A DNA stretch of 64,000 nt. Origin: Myxococcota bacterium (GTDB lineage: Bacteria > Myxococcota_A > UBA9160 > UBA4427). Location of the stretch: NCBI GenBank assembly GCA_965250285.1, contig OZ252299.1:2912001-2976000 (forward strand), read 5' to 3'. The notes beneath the pieces were generated by a model that was not told the origin of the DNA, did not search any database, and saw only the letters and a list, made by a program, of their open reading frames with translations. The position numbers and the translations under genes are program-made. Below, in pieces: positions 1 to 16,286 of this stretch (positions are counted from its first letter, which is position 1; every line of letters begins with the position of its first letter).

Positions 1-414
1 CAGACGGCGGTGGGCGAGACCGACGGCGAGGTGCTCGACATGCATGTTTCGAAGCATCTCTTCAGCTTCGACTAGGAGGTGGTCGAGGCCTTCTCTCAGG
101 GGCGCGAGGTCAAGACGATTCAGGTCGAGACGTCCACTCTGAATTCGATCCTGGCCGAGCACGAGATCGAAGAGATCGATCTGCTGAAGATCGACATCGA
201 GGGGGCCGAGATGGCGGCGCTGCGCGGGTTCGATCTCGATCGGTACGCGCCCGCGCTGCTCGTCATCGAGACCCCCCGAGACGGCCCGGTCGTCCCCTAC
301 CTCGAGAGTCGGGGCTACGAGGTGATCGAGAAGTACCTCGCCGCCGACAAGATCAACGTCTACCTGCAGAAAAGCCAGCAAACCAAGGACGTGAGCTCGA
401 AGACGGACGCGTAA
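1..414 (+). pseudogene. FkbM-family methyltransferase, 5' truncated by the window edge and interrupted by an in-frame TAG at 73-75
   Basis: Frame 1 reads QTAVGETDGEVLDMHVSKHLFSFD*EVVEAF...TLNSILAEHEIEEIDLLKIDIEGAEMAALRG. The IDLLKIDIEGAE motif is FkbM-like and FkbM-like sequence continues upstream of the stop. Confidence 0.7.
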
Positions 415-455
415 AGCAGCGGCGTGACCTCGACGACGCTCCAGGCGCCGCTCGC

Positions 456-857
456 CTAGTCCTTCGCCGTGGCGCGCCGGTAGTTCTCGGCCACCTTGGC
501 CGGATCGAAGAAGCCCTCGTAGTCGAGGATGCGTCCGTCCGGCGAGAAGACGAAGGTCGAGATGCCGCGATAGACGTCGTCGGGCGAGGCGTCGATGTGG
601 CGCTCGTTCCAGCCGATCGAGAAGCGATCGGCCTCGAGCACCCGCCACTCCTCGAGGTTGACGACGCGGGGCCAGTTCTTCGCGAACGCGCGGATCACCT
701 CGCGCCCCTCGAGCGGCGCAGGCAGCGCCGAGTTCATGAACCGCCCTGCTTCGGCGAAGCAATCGACGAAGGCGTCCCAGTCGCCCCGATCCGTCGCCGA
801 CCTGGTCCTCGCGATCGTGGCTTCGATCGCCTCGCGCGTCACCGAGCCTCCGGTCAT
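456..857 (-). CDS. SnoaL-like / NTF2-family protein
   Basis: 133 aa; GDWDAFVDCFAE, EGREVIRAF and YRGISTFVFSPDGRI fit the NTF2-like pattern; GAAGGGG RBS. Confidence 0.8.
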   Translation of the reverse strand: MTGGSVTREAIEATIARTRSATDRGDWDAFVDCFAEAGRFMNSALPAPLEGREVIRAFAKNWPRVVNLEEWRVLEADRFSIGWNERHIDASPDDVYRGISTFVFSPDGRILDYEGFFDPAKVAENYRRATAKD

Positions 858-1042
858 CGTACCCCCTTCGATCGCCGAACTCGCGGCGGATCGACCGAGC
901 GACTCGACTCGCTCGCGGTCAGCGGCATCGGTCCGATGCCGGCCGGATCGGACGGTGCTGATTCAGCGCCCCCCGATCGGGCCAACGCGGCCGTTTCCCT
1001 CACAGGCCGTCGTGCGACCGGCGACCAGGCCCATGCGGGCGG

Positions 1043-2362
1043 CTAGAAGCCCTCTCGCATCTGGGCCAACCGCGTCTGGATCTGGCGAAGCAAGCCATGC
1101 CGGCGCGACCACAGGTGCCTCAGATTGGAGCGCGAGACGAGGTAGCGAGGCTTGAGGTAGAGCTCTGCATTGTAGAGCGCGAGCAGGATGCGATGGCGTG
1201 CCCAGTTCGACTCGCCCTTGCGCAGCACCACACGCGATGACACGCCCAGCGTCTGGACGCCGAACCGAAAGGCGAAGGCGAATTTCAGCGGTTGCGAGTG
1301 GACGACGAGGTCGGTGTCCTCTGTCGGGCCGATCGATTCGAAGCGTCTGGTAGCGAGCTCGAATCGCACGCTTTCTCCCAGGTCGGGTATGTACACCGTG
1401 ACGGGTGCCAGGCGGCGCAGTAGCAGCGCCGGGTACTTCTCTCGCAAGTCGGACGCGAGCTGCTCGAATGCGGTCCGAACGTCATCGAGCGAAACCGGCT
1501 CGACCGGATCGAAGTCGAAGTCATCGAGGGCCGCATAGGCAGCCTCGAAACGGCCGAGAGCGGGTTCGGAGTCATGGGGCACGCTCGAATCCCAGACGTC
1601 CCCCGGATACAGCACCGCCACGTCGAGGTCGCGGCACTTCAGCCGCTCGACGACGTCTCGCGGGCGGTTGGCAAAGGCGTTCATGTACTTGTTGTCGTCG
1701 CACGAGTAGATCATGAAGCTCGCGAAGGGGATGGTGACGCGCGCGCCGAGGTCAACATGGTTCTCGACGACGAGTTCGAGGTGCTTGTCGGCCATCTTCG
1801 CCAGGTGCGTTTCTCGATCTTCCAGACCGGCGTACCCAGCGGTCGAGAATTGATTGAGCACGACCGTCGCCTCGCCGAAGTCGGCGGTCATGATGCGCGC
1901 ATCGCCGCGACTCAACGTGGCGTCGTTCACGTTGACCGCAACGTCGCCCCCGCTGCGAATGCCGAGACATGAATCCATCTGTCCGACCTGATAGCAGTAC
2001 ACGTCGGTCTTCGGCGTCAGCGCGTGGACCCGGCGGTGGGGCAGCGCGACGAATCGCTTGAAGCCGAAGCCACGAAGCGCCTCGAAGACCTTGTCGGAGT
2101 TGTTCTGCTGGAACAGGACGGTGACCCGCTCCTTGAACGAATCGGGGAGCGAGCGCAGCGTCGGCACGTTGAAGTGGTCGGGGTGTTCGTGGGAGATCCA
2201 GAGGTAGTCGATCCGCTGCAGCATCGAGTCGTCGAAGGCCGGCGGCGGGTAGAGCGTCCAGGATTCGTTGAAGACCTTGCTCACGAGCCACGGATCGGAC
2301 CAGATGACCGCATCCTCGGCAAAGGTCAGCACGGAAGAGTGGGAAACCAGCTGAATCTGCAC
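1043..2362 (-). CDS. Metallo-beta-lactamase-fold protein, UlaG / CMP-Neu5Ac hydroxylase-like (no Rieske domain)
   Basis: SDPWL, WISHEHPDHF (HxHxDH), NVNDA and IPFAS motifs; 439 aa. Confidence 0.75.
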   Translation of the reverse strand: MQIQLVSHSSVLTFAEDAVIWSDPWLVSKVFNESWTLYPPPAFDDSMLQRIDYLWISHEHPDHFNVPTLRSLPDSFKERVTVLFQQNNSDKVFEALRGFGFKRFVALPHRRVHALTPKTDVYCYQVGQMDSCLGIRSGGDVAVNVNDATLSRGDARIMTADFGEATVVLNQFSTAGYAGLEDRETHLAKMADKHLELVVENHVDLGARVTIPFASFMIYSCDDNKYMNAFANRPRDVVERLKCRDLDVAVLYPGDVWDSSVPHDSEPALGRFEAAYAALDDFDFDPVEPVSLDDVRTAFEQLASDLREKYPALLLRRLAPVTVYIPDLGESVRFELATRRFESIGPTEDTDLVVHSQPLKFAFAFRFGVQTLGVSSRVVLRKGESNWARHRILLALYNAELYLKPRYLVSRSNLRHLWSRRHGLLRQIQTRLAQMREGF

Positions 2363-2888
2363 GATGCCACCCCTTCACTTGGGCGAATCCATAGAGTTAG
2401 CACGCGGGCCGTCCTTCGCGGCAAACTTGATTGGCACGATCATGTGAAGCGTCGACCTGCGCCGTATGCACCTCGAAGCCGCCCCACCGGAGCGAGTCGG
2501 ACACCGCTCGGCGGGTTGAGCGACCAGCCCCGGGGGCCCGTCGATCTTGGAGCGGGCGCGATCGTGCGACTGGCATTGCGGGTGTCGCGTTCTGAAGCAG
2601 AACCGACGCAGGTCGTCGGGGGCACGGGCACATTGGTTCAGTCGCCTCGAACGCAGGCGCGCGTCCCGGAGATGGACGCCGTGGCGACCTGGATCCCCTT
2701 ATTGGCGAGTCGAGCGACGTGTCTTCGGGGGATGGACAGCGCCTGTCTGGGATGTGCGCCGGCCCCATCTGGTCGAATCGAGAGCCGACTTCGAGCTGCA
2801 AACGAGAAGAAGCGGAAGACTGAGCCCCACATCGAAGCGCGATACCACGGGGTTTCGGCGCGGCCTTGCACTTGACTGCTCAGGGTCG

Positions 2889-3238
2889 TCAGGCGTCGAT
2901 CCGCCGGTACTTGATCCGATGCGGCTGATCGGCATCCGCACCCTTCCGCCGCTTGTAGTCCTTCTCGTAGTCCTGGTAGTTGCCCTCGAACCATTCGACG
3001 TGGCTGTCGCCCTCGAAGGCGAGGATGTGGGTCGCGATGCGGTCGAGGAACCAGCGGTCGTGGGAGATCACGACGACATAGCCTGCGAAGTTGACCAGCG
3101 ATTCTTCGAGTGCACGGAGCGTGTCGACGTCGAGATCATCGGTCGACTCATCGAGCAAGATCGCATTGCCGCCGCTCTTGAGCAACTTGGCCAGGTGCAA
3201 TCGGTTGCGCTCAGCTCCGGAGAGTGAGCCCACGAGCA
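2889..3238 (-). pseudogene. ettA (fragment): Degenerate duplicate of the 3' ~115 codons of ettA
   Basis: Direct repeat of 4625-~4974; 87 nt identical (2907-2993 = 4643-4729). The ABC signature LSGGE has become LSGAE and DEPTN has become DESTD. Confidence 0.9.
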
Positions 3239-3340
3239 GTCGACGAACGCATCCGAGTCGCCGCGGTCGGTGGCATCGCGCGACTTCGCGATGGTCGCCT
3301 CGATCGCCTCGCGCGAGACCTCGTTCGGATCACCGGTCAT
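3236..3340 (-). pseudogene. 5' fragment of a paralog of the SnoaL-like gene, fused out of frame to the ettA fragment
   Basis: [35 protein letters not shown] versus [33 protein letters not shown] of 456-857. Confidence 0.85.
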
Positions 3341-3480
3341 GCCGTTCCTCTTTCGGGCCCGCCGATCCCGGCATGCAGCGAGCGTAGGCGATCAGGTCAC
3401 GCGGCTTTTCCAATGGCGCGTCCCTGCGGCGGACATGGACCGGCGAGCAGCCGATCGCGAGGCGGAGCGTCGGCCTTCGG

Positions 3481-3508
3481 TTGTCCGCGACGGCTAAAGC
3501 CATACAAT
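3481..3508 (+). promoter_or_regulatory. Putative sigma70 promoter of the SGNH gene
   Basis: TTGTCC-N16-TACAAT, then GGAGG RBS at 3524-3528 and ATG at 3537. Confidence 0.55.
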
Positions 3509-3536
3509 CCTCGACCCCGGGCTGGAGGCCGACTTC

Positions 3537-4577
3537 ATGAATCGATCGAGCAGAGGAAGAAGATGGGCCACCACGGCCGCACGTCTCCTCATGGTCTGGC
3601 TCTCGATTGGGGCCGTGCTCGGTGTCTTCGAGATCGCCCTGCGAACGATGCCGGGCCTTCAGGAACTCGACTCCAGTACGCCCATCTACGTGCCCCGCCG
3701 GCTCTCGCGTGCCGATCGCGAGATCGACATGGCGCACCGCCGCCGAGCAGAACACCACCGCTACGGCTTCAACGACGTCGATCGATCCCTTTCGAAGACC
3801 CCGGGCACCTTCCGCGTCGTCGTACTGGGCGATTCATTCGTCTTCGGTGACGGTGTACCCGAGGACGTGCGATGGAGCCGGAAGCTCGAGGCTCGGCTCG
3901 GCGCGCAATATGAGAATGTCGAGGTCCTCCATTGGGGGCAGAACGGATGGGCGACCCTCGACCAGTTCCGATTTCTCGAAGCGCACGCTTCAGAGTGGTC
4001 GATCGACGCATTGCTCATCGGCTACGTCGAGAACGATCCCGATATGGAAGACTCGCTCCGGTGGTCGCTCCCGACGATGACGATTCTGAAGGGCCTCGGC
4101 TATCGACGGCTGTTCCCTGAGGCCTGCATCTGGCTGGAGGCTCACGTCGCGAGCGTGCTCGATCCGCTCCTCGGCTCGGGCTACCACGCCTGGCGTGAGC
4201 GGCTCTACGAACGAGAGAATCTCGAGAAATGGACCGAGCTACTCGGCCGTCTCGATACGCTGCTCGAGCGTGAGGGCATCCCCTACGTGTTCGTGACGAC
4301 GCCCCGAGATGGCCACCCCGACCAAACGCACATGTTCGAAGCGGCGGTGCGCAGCTTCGAGGTCGCCGGCAACCCGAACGTCGATCTCCTACCCGTGGTG
4401 CGAGCCGAGTTCGGCGAGGAGCGAGACCGTCGGCTCTGGGCCAACCCAGCCGACGGCCACCCAGGAGCGCTACTCACGGCGCTCTATGCGCGTGAATCGA
4501 TGGGTCTGATCTCGACACGATGCGAGAGCGAGGAAACGCGGCTGATCCGCTGCGACTTCAGCGCCGAATTGCGCTGA
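3537..4577 (+). CDS. Membrane-anchored SGNH/GDSL hydrolase-family protein
   Basis: N-terminal TM helix; block I VVVLGDSFVFGDG, block III YVEND, C-terminal ADGHP (DxH). Confidence 0.8.
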   Translation: MNRSSRGRRWATTAARLLMVWLSIGAVLGVFEIALRTMPGLQELDSSTPIYVPRRLSRADREIDMAHRRRAEHHRYGFNDVDRSLSKTPGTFRVVVLGDSFVFGDGVPEDVRWSRKLEARLGAQYENVEVLHWGQNGWATLDQFRFLEAHASEWSIDALLIGYVENDPDMEDSLRWSLPTMTILKGLGYRRLFPEACIWLEAHVASVLDPLLGSGYHAWRERLYERENLEKWTELLGRLDTLLEREGIPYVFVTTPRDGHPDQTHMFEAAVRSFEVAGNPNVDLLPVVRAEFGEERDRRLWANPADGHPGALLTALYARESMGLISTRCESEETRLIRCDFSAELR

Positions 4578-4624
4578 GGGCTGCGCCGCGTCGCCGCCCC
4601 GTCCCGAACGGCCAGACGGCAAGG

Positions 4625-6301
<1,677 letters not shown>

Positions 6302-6412
6302 GCTGTCCTCGGTCGTTGCTCGATTGAATGAAGGCTTCGCCGTGTCGTCGGCGCGCGCATCGAGTGTACCGGGCGCTGCGGGCTTGGCGACGCCCGAACT
6401 CGTTCGGCAAGC

Positions 6413-8074
6413 GTGATAGACTCCGCCCGCCCCTCCGCAATCCGAAGTCCGACCTTGCTGCTGCCGTTGCCCAAGCTCGACATCATCGCGCCGTGTTCCG
6501 GATCGCCGCGCTGCGCAGCCCTGCGCCGATCGGCCAGCGCCGCCGCGGCCGTGCTCTGCTCGATCGCCGCGCTCGCCTGCTCGGACGACGACACCGATCG
6601 TGTCCTCGTGCTCGTGAACGGAGCGAGCCCGGTCTCGATCGCGATCGGAGAGGCGTATGCCGGCGCGCGCGGCCTCGACGAAGACCGAATCCTCTCGCTC
6701 GACCTGCCCACGCCCGACCCACTCCTCGGCGACGCGCGCCACGAACGCATCGACCAGGCCGGATTCGAGGCATCGATCGCCCAGCCTCTCCGCGCGTGGC
6801 TCACCGCGCACGACCCGGGCGGCGAGGTCGACATCCTCGTCACGACCAAGGGCGTCCCGCTGCTGATCGAGGCCGACGACGTGCCCGCACGAGATTGGGT
6901 CCGGCGTTACAGCGGCGCCTCGGTCGACGCCGAGCTCGCGGTGCTCGGTGGCCCGCTTGCTTTCGGCGCCGGTCTCTTCGGCACCTCGAACCCGTTCTTC
7001 GACTGGCCGGGCTCGTTCGACGACCACCGACAACGCGCGAGCGATACGCCGCTTCGTTTTCTGGTCGCACGGCTGACGTCCTTCCAGACCGCCGCGACCG
7101 CAGACGATCCCGTTCCGCGCGATCTGCGTGCCCTGATCGAGTCGGCCCGCGCCCCCGTCGAAGGTCGCGCGACCTGGCTCGTCGACCGCGATCCGAGCCT
7201 GCCCGCCGCGATGTCGGCGGGCAACCTGTTGCTGCTGGCGCCAACCGCCTCGACGCTCCGCGCCCAGGGCATCGACGTCCGCGACGACGACCAGCCCGAG
7301 TTCGTCGGCGGCGCCGCCGGGCTGCGCGGCTACGCATCCTGGGGCAGCAACGATGGCCACGAGCCGACCCGCCAGACCTACGGCGAACACGAGGGCGTGC
7401 CCTACCCCGGGCGCTTCGCGCCGCGGTCCATCGCGACCGATCTGGTGAGTACGAACGCCCGCACCTTCACGCATCCCGCCGCGTACGGTCAGTCGCTCGT
7501 CGCCGATCTCATCGCAGCGGGGGCGAGCGGCGCGACGGGACACGTCGCCGAGCCAACGCTCAGCGCCGTCGCCCGTCCCTATGTCTTGCTGCCGCGGTAC
7601 GCCGCCGGCGAGCTCGCCATCGAGGCGTACTTCAAGTCGCTGCCCTACCTGGGCTGGACCCACGTCTTCGTCGGCGACCCGCTCATGCGACTGCCCGAAG
7701 AAGCTCGCCACGCGATGACGTCGGATCGCGACGGCGATCAGGTCGGCGATGCAGACGACAACTGCCTGCATCTACCCAACGCCGACCAACGGGACACCGA
7801 CGAGGACGGATTCGGCAACGTGTGCGACGCCGACGTCGACGGCGATGGCCTGGTCACGACGTCGTTCGGACGCATCTTCCCATCGTCTTCGCGCGGCGAC
7901 GTCGAGTGGATCGCGCTCACCGCGCAGAACGGTCCCTACGATCCCGACCACGACCTCGATGGCGACGGCGTCGTCGACGAGCGCGACGTCGCGATCGCGC
8001 AGATCAGCCTCTTTCGGCCACCGGGCCCCTCTCTTCCAGGGGTTCGACGAGCGGTACCGGCAGACGGATCGTGA
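6413..8074 (+). CDS. TIGR03790-like protein with C-terminal thrombospondin type-3 and dockerin-like Ca-binding repeats; probable lipoprotein; start probably further downstream
   Basis: [75 protein letters not shown]...[12 protein letters not shown] lipobox. Confidence 0.75.
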   Translation: MIDSARPSAIRSPTLLLPLPKLDIIAPCSGSPRCAALRRSASAAAAVLCSIAALACSDDDTDRVLVLVNGASPVSIAIGEAYAGARGLDEDRILSLDLPTPDPLLGDARHERIDQAGFEASIAQPLRAWLTAHDPGGEVDILVTTKGVPLLIEADDVPARDWVRRYSGASVDAELAVLGGPLAFGAGLFGTSNPFFDWPGSFDDHRQRASDTPLRFLVARLTSFQTAATADDPVPRDLRALIESARAPVEGRATWLVDRDPSLPAAMSAGNLLLLAPTASTLRAQGIDVRDDDQPEFVGGAAGLRGYASWGSNDGHEPTRQTYGEHEGVPYPGRFAPRSIATDLVSTNARTFTHPAAYGQSLVADLIAAGASGATGHVAEPTLSAVARPYVLLPRYAAGELAIEAYFKSLPYLGWTHVFVGDPLMRLPEEARHAMTSDRDGDQVGDADDNCLHLPNADQRDTDEDGFGNVCDADVDGDGLVTTSFGRIFPSSSRGDVEWIALTAQNGPYDPDHDLDGDGVVDERDVAIAQISLFRPPGPSLPGVRRAVPADGS

Positions 8075-9827
8075 ACTCGGTGCCCTGACCGGGTTCGCTC
8101 TCGAAATCGAGATCACCGCCGTGCTCGCGCACGATCGCGAAGCTGATCGCGAGCCCGATCCCCGTGCCCTCGCCCTCCTCTTTCGTGGTGTAGAAGGCAT
8201 CGAAGATGCGCTCCTGCACCTCTTCGGGGATCCCGGGCCCGTTGTCGCGAACGCGAATTTCGACGTTCTGCCCCGCGCGGCGCGTCGTGAGCTCGATCCG
8301 CGCGTCGACCTGTCCGGCGAGTGCCTGACGAGCATTGTCGATGAGGTTGAGCAGCACCTGCACGAGATGCTCGGCCGAGCCCCGTACGATGGGCAACACA
8401 CTCGCCTCTTGCACGTGCACCCGCAGATCGGCGCCGCCCCGGAGCCGCGCCATCTTGATCGAGTCGGCGACGACCGAGTGAACCTCGACTTCGCCCATCT
8501 CGCCCGTGCGCAAGCGCGAGAAGCGACGCATGCGGTCGATCGTCGCGGCGATCCGGTCGATGCCCTCGAGGCTCTCCTGGGCGGCAGCGACCAGATCGAC
8601 GAGATGGGCCGCATCGGATCCTTCGTCGCCCGGCGCTTCGCTGGAAAGATCGGCCAGGTGGGCCGCGACGCGCTCGATGTGCGTGAGGTTCGACTTGACG
8701 AAAGAGAGCGGGTTCTTGATCTCGTGGACGATGCCGGCACTGAGACTCGCCGTCGTCTCGAGCTGTTGGCTCTGACGCAAGATCACGTCGAGGCGCTTCT
8801 GTTCGGTGCGGTTGCGCAGCAAGGCGTAGATGCTCGCGCGCTCCCCGTCCCCCGCGTGCACCGCTGCTGCCGTCACTTCGACGCAGCGCCCGTCTTCCGT
8901 ATCGAACTCGGCCTGCAGCGGCTCGCCCCACGCGACGAGTCGATCGACCGCGTCAACGAGCCCGACCACGTGCTCCTGCGATGCGAGATCTCCGAGCACG
9001 CGCGTGAGCGCCTGCCCTTCGAGCTGCCCGATGCCCTGACCGATCAGCTTCTCGGTTGCAGGATTGACGTCGAGCAGGTGACCGCTCGCGTCTGCGATCA
9101 GGACGCCCTCCGCGAGGTGGTCGATCACGTCGCGGCGTGCGAGCGGCAGCGTCTCGAGCGTCCGGTGGCGCCAGCTCGTCACGAAGAGCATCGCTGCCGA
9201 GAGCGCGATGAAGGCGGCTGTGAGATCGACCTTGAAGTAGAGGCCGGTGATCGGACTCGCCACGAAGGGCAGCATCACGACCCCCGCGAGCGAGAGCCCC
9301 CGCCGCACCTCCCCCTCGCGCATCAGTCGCAGCGCCGCACCCACGTAGATCACGGTGCCGACGCACATCAGCGTGATGGCCCAACCGAGACCGATCCAGA
9401 ACAGCGGCCCCGCCCATTGCTCGGGATGCAGCCGCATCAGCTCGGGATCGAAGTCGCGAATGAAGAGCCGATGGCCCGGATTCGTCACGACGGCGAGCGC
9501 CGTCATCGCCGGGGGCACGAGCAGACCGATCAGCCAGCCCGGCTGCTCGTCGAAGATGTCGAGGTGGGTGTGGTGCGTCGCGAGCAGAACCCAGATCGGG
9601 GGCGTCGCGAACACCCCGAGAAACAGCGTCATCATCGCGAACTGCGCGACCGGCCCGGGCGGCGACATCAAGAAGACGGCGTAGCCCGCGCTCCACAGAC
9701 CGAGCGCGGCTGCGAGCGCCATGAGCAACCCATGCAGCTGCGTACGCTCGGCCCGCGAGGCCAGGTAGATGACGCCGCCCGCGAGCCCCAACGTGGTGAC
9801 TGCGAGCGCGACGACGGTCGAGGTCAT
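8004..9827 (-). CDS. Sensor histidine kinase with N-terminal 7TM (HisKA_7TM-like) and PAS domains
   Basis: About 7 TM helices from MTSTVV; H-box HEIKNPL, N-box QVLLNLIDNA, DNGPGI, FYTTK, GTGIGL. No response regulator adjacent. Confidence 0.88.
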   Translation of the reverse strand: MTSTVVALAVTTLGLAGGVIYLASRAERTQLHGLLMALAAALGLWSAGYAVFLMSPPGPVAQFAMMTLFLGVFATPPIWVLLATHHTHLDIFDEQPGWLIGLLVPPAMTALAVVTNPGHRLFIRDFDPELMRLHPEQWAGPLFWIGLGWAITLMCVGTVIYVGAALRLMREGEVRRGLSLAGVVMLPFVASPITGLYFKVDLTAAFIALSAAMLFVTSWRHRTLETLPLARRDVIDHLAEGVLIADASGHLLDVNPATEKLIGQGIGQLEGQALTRVLGDLASQEHVVGLVDAVDRLVAWGEPLQAEFDTEDGRCVEVTAAAVHAGDGERASIYALLRNRTEQKRLDVILRQSQQLETTASLSAGIVHEIKNPLSFVKSNLTHIERVAAHLADLSSEAPGDEGSDAAHLVDLVAAAQESLEGIDRIAATIDRMRRFSRLRTGEMGEVEVHSVVADSIKMARLRGGADLRVHVQEASVLPIVRGSAEHLVQVLLNLIDNARQALAGQVDARIELTTRRAGQNVEIRVRDNGPGIPEEVQERIFDAFYTTKEEGEGTGIGLAISFAIVREHGGDLDFESEPGQGTEFTIRLPVPLVEPLEERGPVAERG

Positions 9828-10000
9828 CACGACTCCGGAATCGGGCCGAGGCATTCGGCCCACGAGGCCATTCGCCGCGGCCCCGGCTTCGAATCGGCGT
9901 GGGACGCGATGCGATTGAGGCGGGCGTACGCGGCGCGCCGCGCCGTGTGGGCGAGCGTCTCGCGGGCCGGTAGCGGCTCCCGGCTCGCGCGAAACTGCAG

Positions 10001-10891
10001 CTATTCGGGCTCGCTGGAACCGAGTCGAGTGATGAGACTCGAGGTATCCCAGCGCGGGCCGCCCGCCGCCTCGATCTCGGCGTAGAAGCCATCGACGAGC
10101 GCGGCGACCGGCAGCTGCGCGCCATTGCGCGTCGCTTCTCCGAGCGCGATGGCGAGATCCTTGCGCATCCATTCGACCGCGAACCCGAAGTCGAACTCGC
10201 GCCGCGCCATCGTCGACGCGCGGTGCTCCATCTGCCACGAACCCGCCGCGCCCTTCGAAATCACGTCGACGACGGCGTCGACGTCGAGGCCGGCGCGCTC
10301 GGCGAACGCCAGCCCTTCGGAGAGTCCCTGCAACAGCCCTGCGATGCAGATCTGGTTCACCATCTTCGCGAGCTGACCGCTGCCCGCCGGACCGAGCAGC
10401 GCGTGCTTCCTCGCGTAGCAGTCGAGCAGCGGCGTGACGCGCGCGTAGTCGGCCGCCTCGCCCCCCAACATCACGGTCAGCTGACCCTGCTCGGCGCCGG
10501 CCTGGCCGCCCGAAACCGGCGCGTCGAGCATCGAAGCGCCCCGATCGCGGGCGGCCGACGACAGCTCGCGCGCGATCTCGGCCGAAGCCGTCGTGTGATC
10601 GACGAAGACCGCACCCGGTTCGAGCGCGGCGAACGCACCGTGCGCACCGAGCGTGATCGAGCGCAGGTCGTCGTCGTTGCCCGTACACGCGAGCACGAAC
10701 TCGGCGCCGCGCGCCGCTTCGGCCGGCGTGGCCGCCGCTCGCCCGGGGTGCGCCTCGAGCCAGCGAGCGCGGGGCGCTTCGGATCGGTTGTACACGCAAA
10801 CGTCGAAGCCGGCCGCAGCCAGGTGACCGGCCATCGGCGCGCCCATCACACCGAGGCACAGAAAGGCGACCTGCGTCGGCGGGTCGCTCAC
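10001..10891 (-). CDS. NAD(P)-dependent 3-hydroxyisobutyrate / tartronate-semialdehyde reductase family oxidoreductase
   Basis: LGVMGAPMAGHL, DAPVSGGQAGA, GQLAKMVNQI, FAVEWMRKDL. Confidence 0.9.
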   Translation of the reverse strand: MSDPPTQVAFLCLGVMGAPMAGHLAAAGFDVCVYNRSEAPRARWLEAHPGRAAATPAEAARGAEFVLACTGNDDDLRSITLGAHGAFAALEPGAVFVDHTTASAEIARELSSAARDRGASMLDAPVSGGQAGAEQGQLTVMLGGEAADYARVTPLLDCYARKHALLGPAGSGQLAKMVNQICIAGLLQGLSEGLAFAERAGLDVDAVVDVISKGAAGSWQMEHRASTMARREFDFGFAVEWMRKDLAIALGEATRNGAQLPVAALVDGFYAEIEAAGGPRWDTSSLITRLGSSEPE

Positions 10892-10919
10892 GCCCGGCCC
10901 CCTCGATCGGCGACCTGAT

Positions 10920-15392
<4,473 letters not shown>

Positions 15393-15566
15393 GTGGGCCC
15401 CCCCGCCTGGACCCCGATCACCCGGAACAGGATGCGCAAGCTAGCAGAGGCCCCATGGCTGGGCGAAGATGCGGCGAACCCCGCTGACGCGACTCGTCAC
15501 CAGCACCCCGCACGCACACGCGGCCGGGAGGCTCGGTGCATTCGCGAAGCCCGATGGAGCCCCCGG

Positions 15567-16286
15567 TTGGAGATCGTCCTCGTCCGTCACGCCCAGCCCG
15601 ACTGGGAGCCCGACGACCGTGCGGTGGACGACCCCGAGCTGACGCCGCTCGGCCACGCGCAGGCCAAGCTCGCGGCCGAGGCGCTCGCGGGCGAACGCTT
15701 CGACCACGTCTACGCGAGCCCCCTGCGCCGCGTGCAGGAGACAGCAGCGCCGATCTGCGCCGCGCTCGGCCAGGAGGCGGTCACCTGCCACTGGCTGCGC
15801 GAGCTCGGCCTGCCGTCGCTCGCGGGTCAGACGTCAGAGCAGGTGCAGGATTTCTTCGCCCACGCGCGCAATCGCACGCTCGAGCACTGGTCCGATGGCC
15901 TGCCGGGGGGCGAGACGTTCGATCACTTCTACGAACGCGTCTCGAGCGGCATCGAGAGCCTGTTCAACGATGTCCACGACATCCGCACCTCGCTGCACGA
16001 AGACGACGGCTGGCGCATCTGGCACCTGCCCGAGGCCGAGGTGCGGCAGCGCATTCTGATCGTCGCGCACGAGGGCACGAACGCCGCGATTCTCTCCCAC
16101 CTGCTGGGCATCGAGGCCGTGCCGTGGACGTGGATGCGCTTCTCGGGCGCGTGGACCGGCATCCACCGGGTGCACACGCTCAAGACCGGCAGCGGACGCG
16201 TGTGGTCGATGCAGTCGTTCAACGACGTCACGCATCTGCAGGCGCTCGAAGCAGACGCCGGCAGTGGTCGGTCGTCCGACACATGA
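15567..16286 (+). CDS. Histidine phosphatase (phosphoglycerate-mutase superfamily)
   Basis: LVRHAQP, LTPLG, YASPLRRVQET, LIVAHEG; TTG start with GGAG RBS. Confidence 0.85.
   Translation: MEIVLVRHAQPDWEPDDRAVDDPELTPLGHAQAKLAAEALAGERFDHVYASPLRRVQETAAPICAALGQEAVTCHWLRELGLPSLAGQTSEQVQDFFAHARNRTLEHWSDGLPGGETFDHFYERVSSGIESLFNDVHDIRTSLHEDDGWRIWHLPEAEVRQRILIVAHEGTNAAILSHLLGIEAVPWTWMRFSGAWTGIHRVHTLKTGSGRVWSMQSFNDVTHLQALEADAGSGRSSDT

Noticed and set aside
2431..2447. sigma54 promoter TTGGCACG
   Set aside because: The -12 element reads TGTG rather than TTGC, and there is no credible downstream gene on that strand.
2397..2880. ORFs between the MBL gene and the ettA remnant
   Set aside because: No family motifs or consistent codon bias; possibly decayed DNA.
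6302..7771. N-terminal 490-aa extension of EttA in the 1048-aa ORF
   Set aside because: Antisense shadow of the TIGR03790-like gene; EttA homology and an RBS begin at GTG 6301.
15393..15566. Cobalamin riboswitch before the phosphatase/BtuF-like pair
   Set aside because: Only a vague GGGAG..CGGTG resemblance; no B12 box or pairing stems seen.
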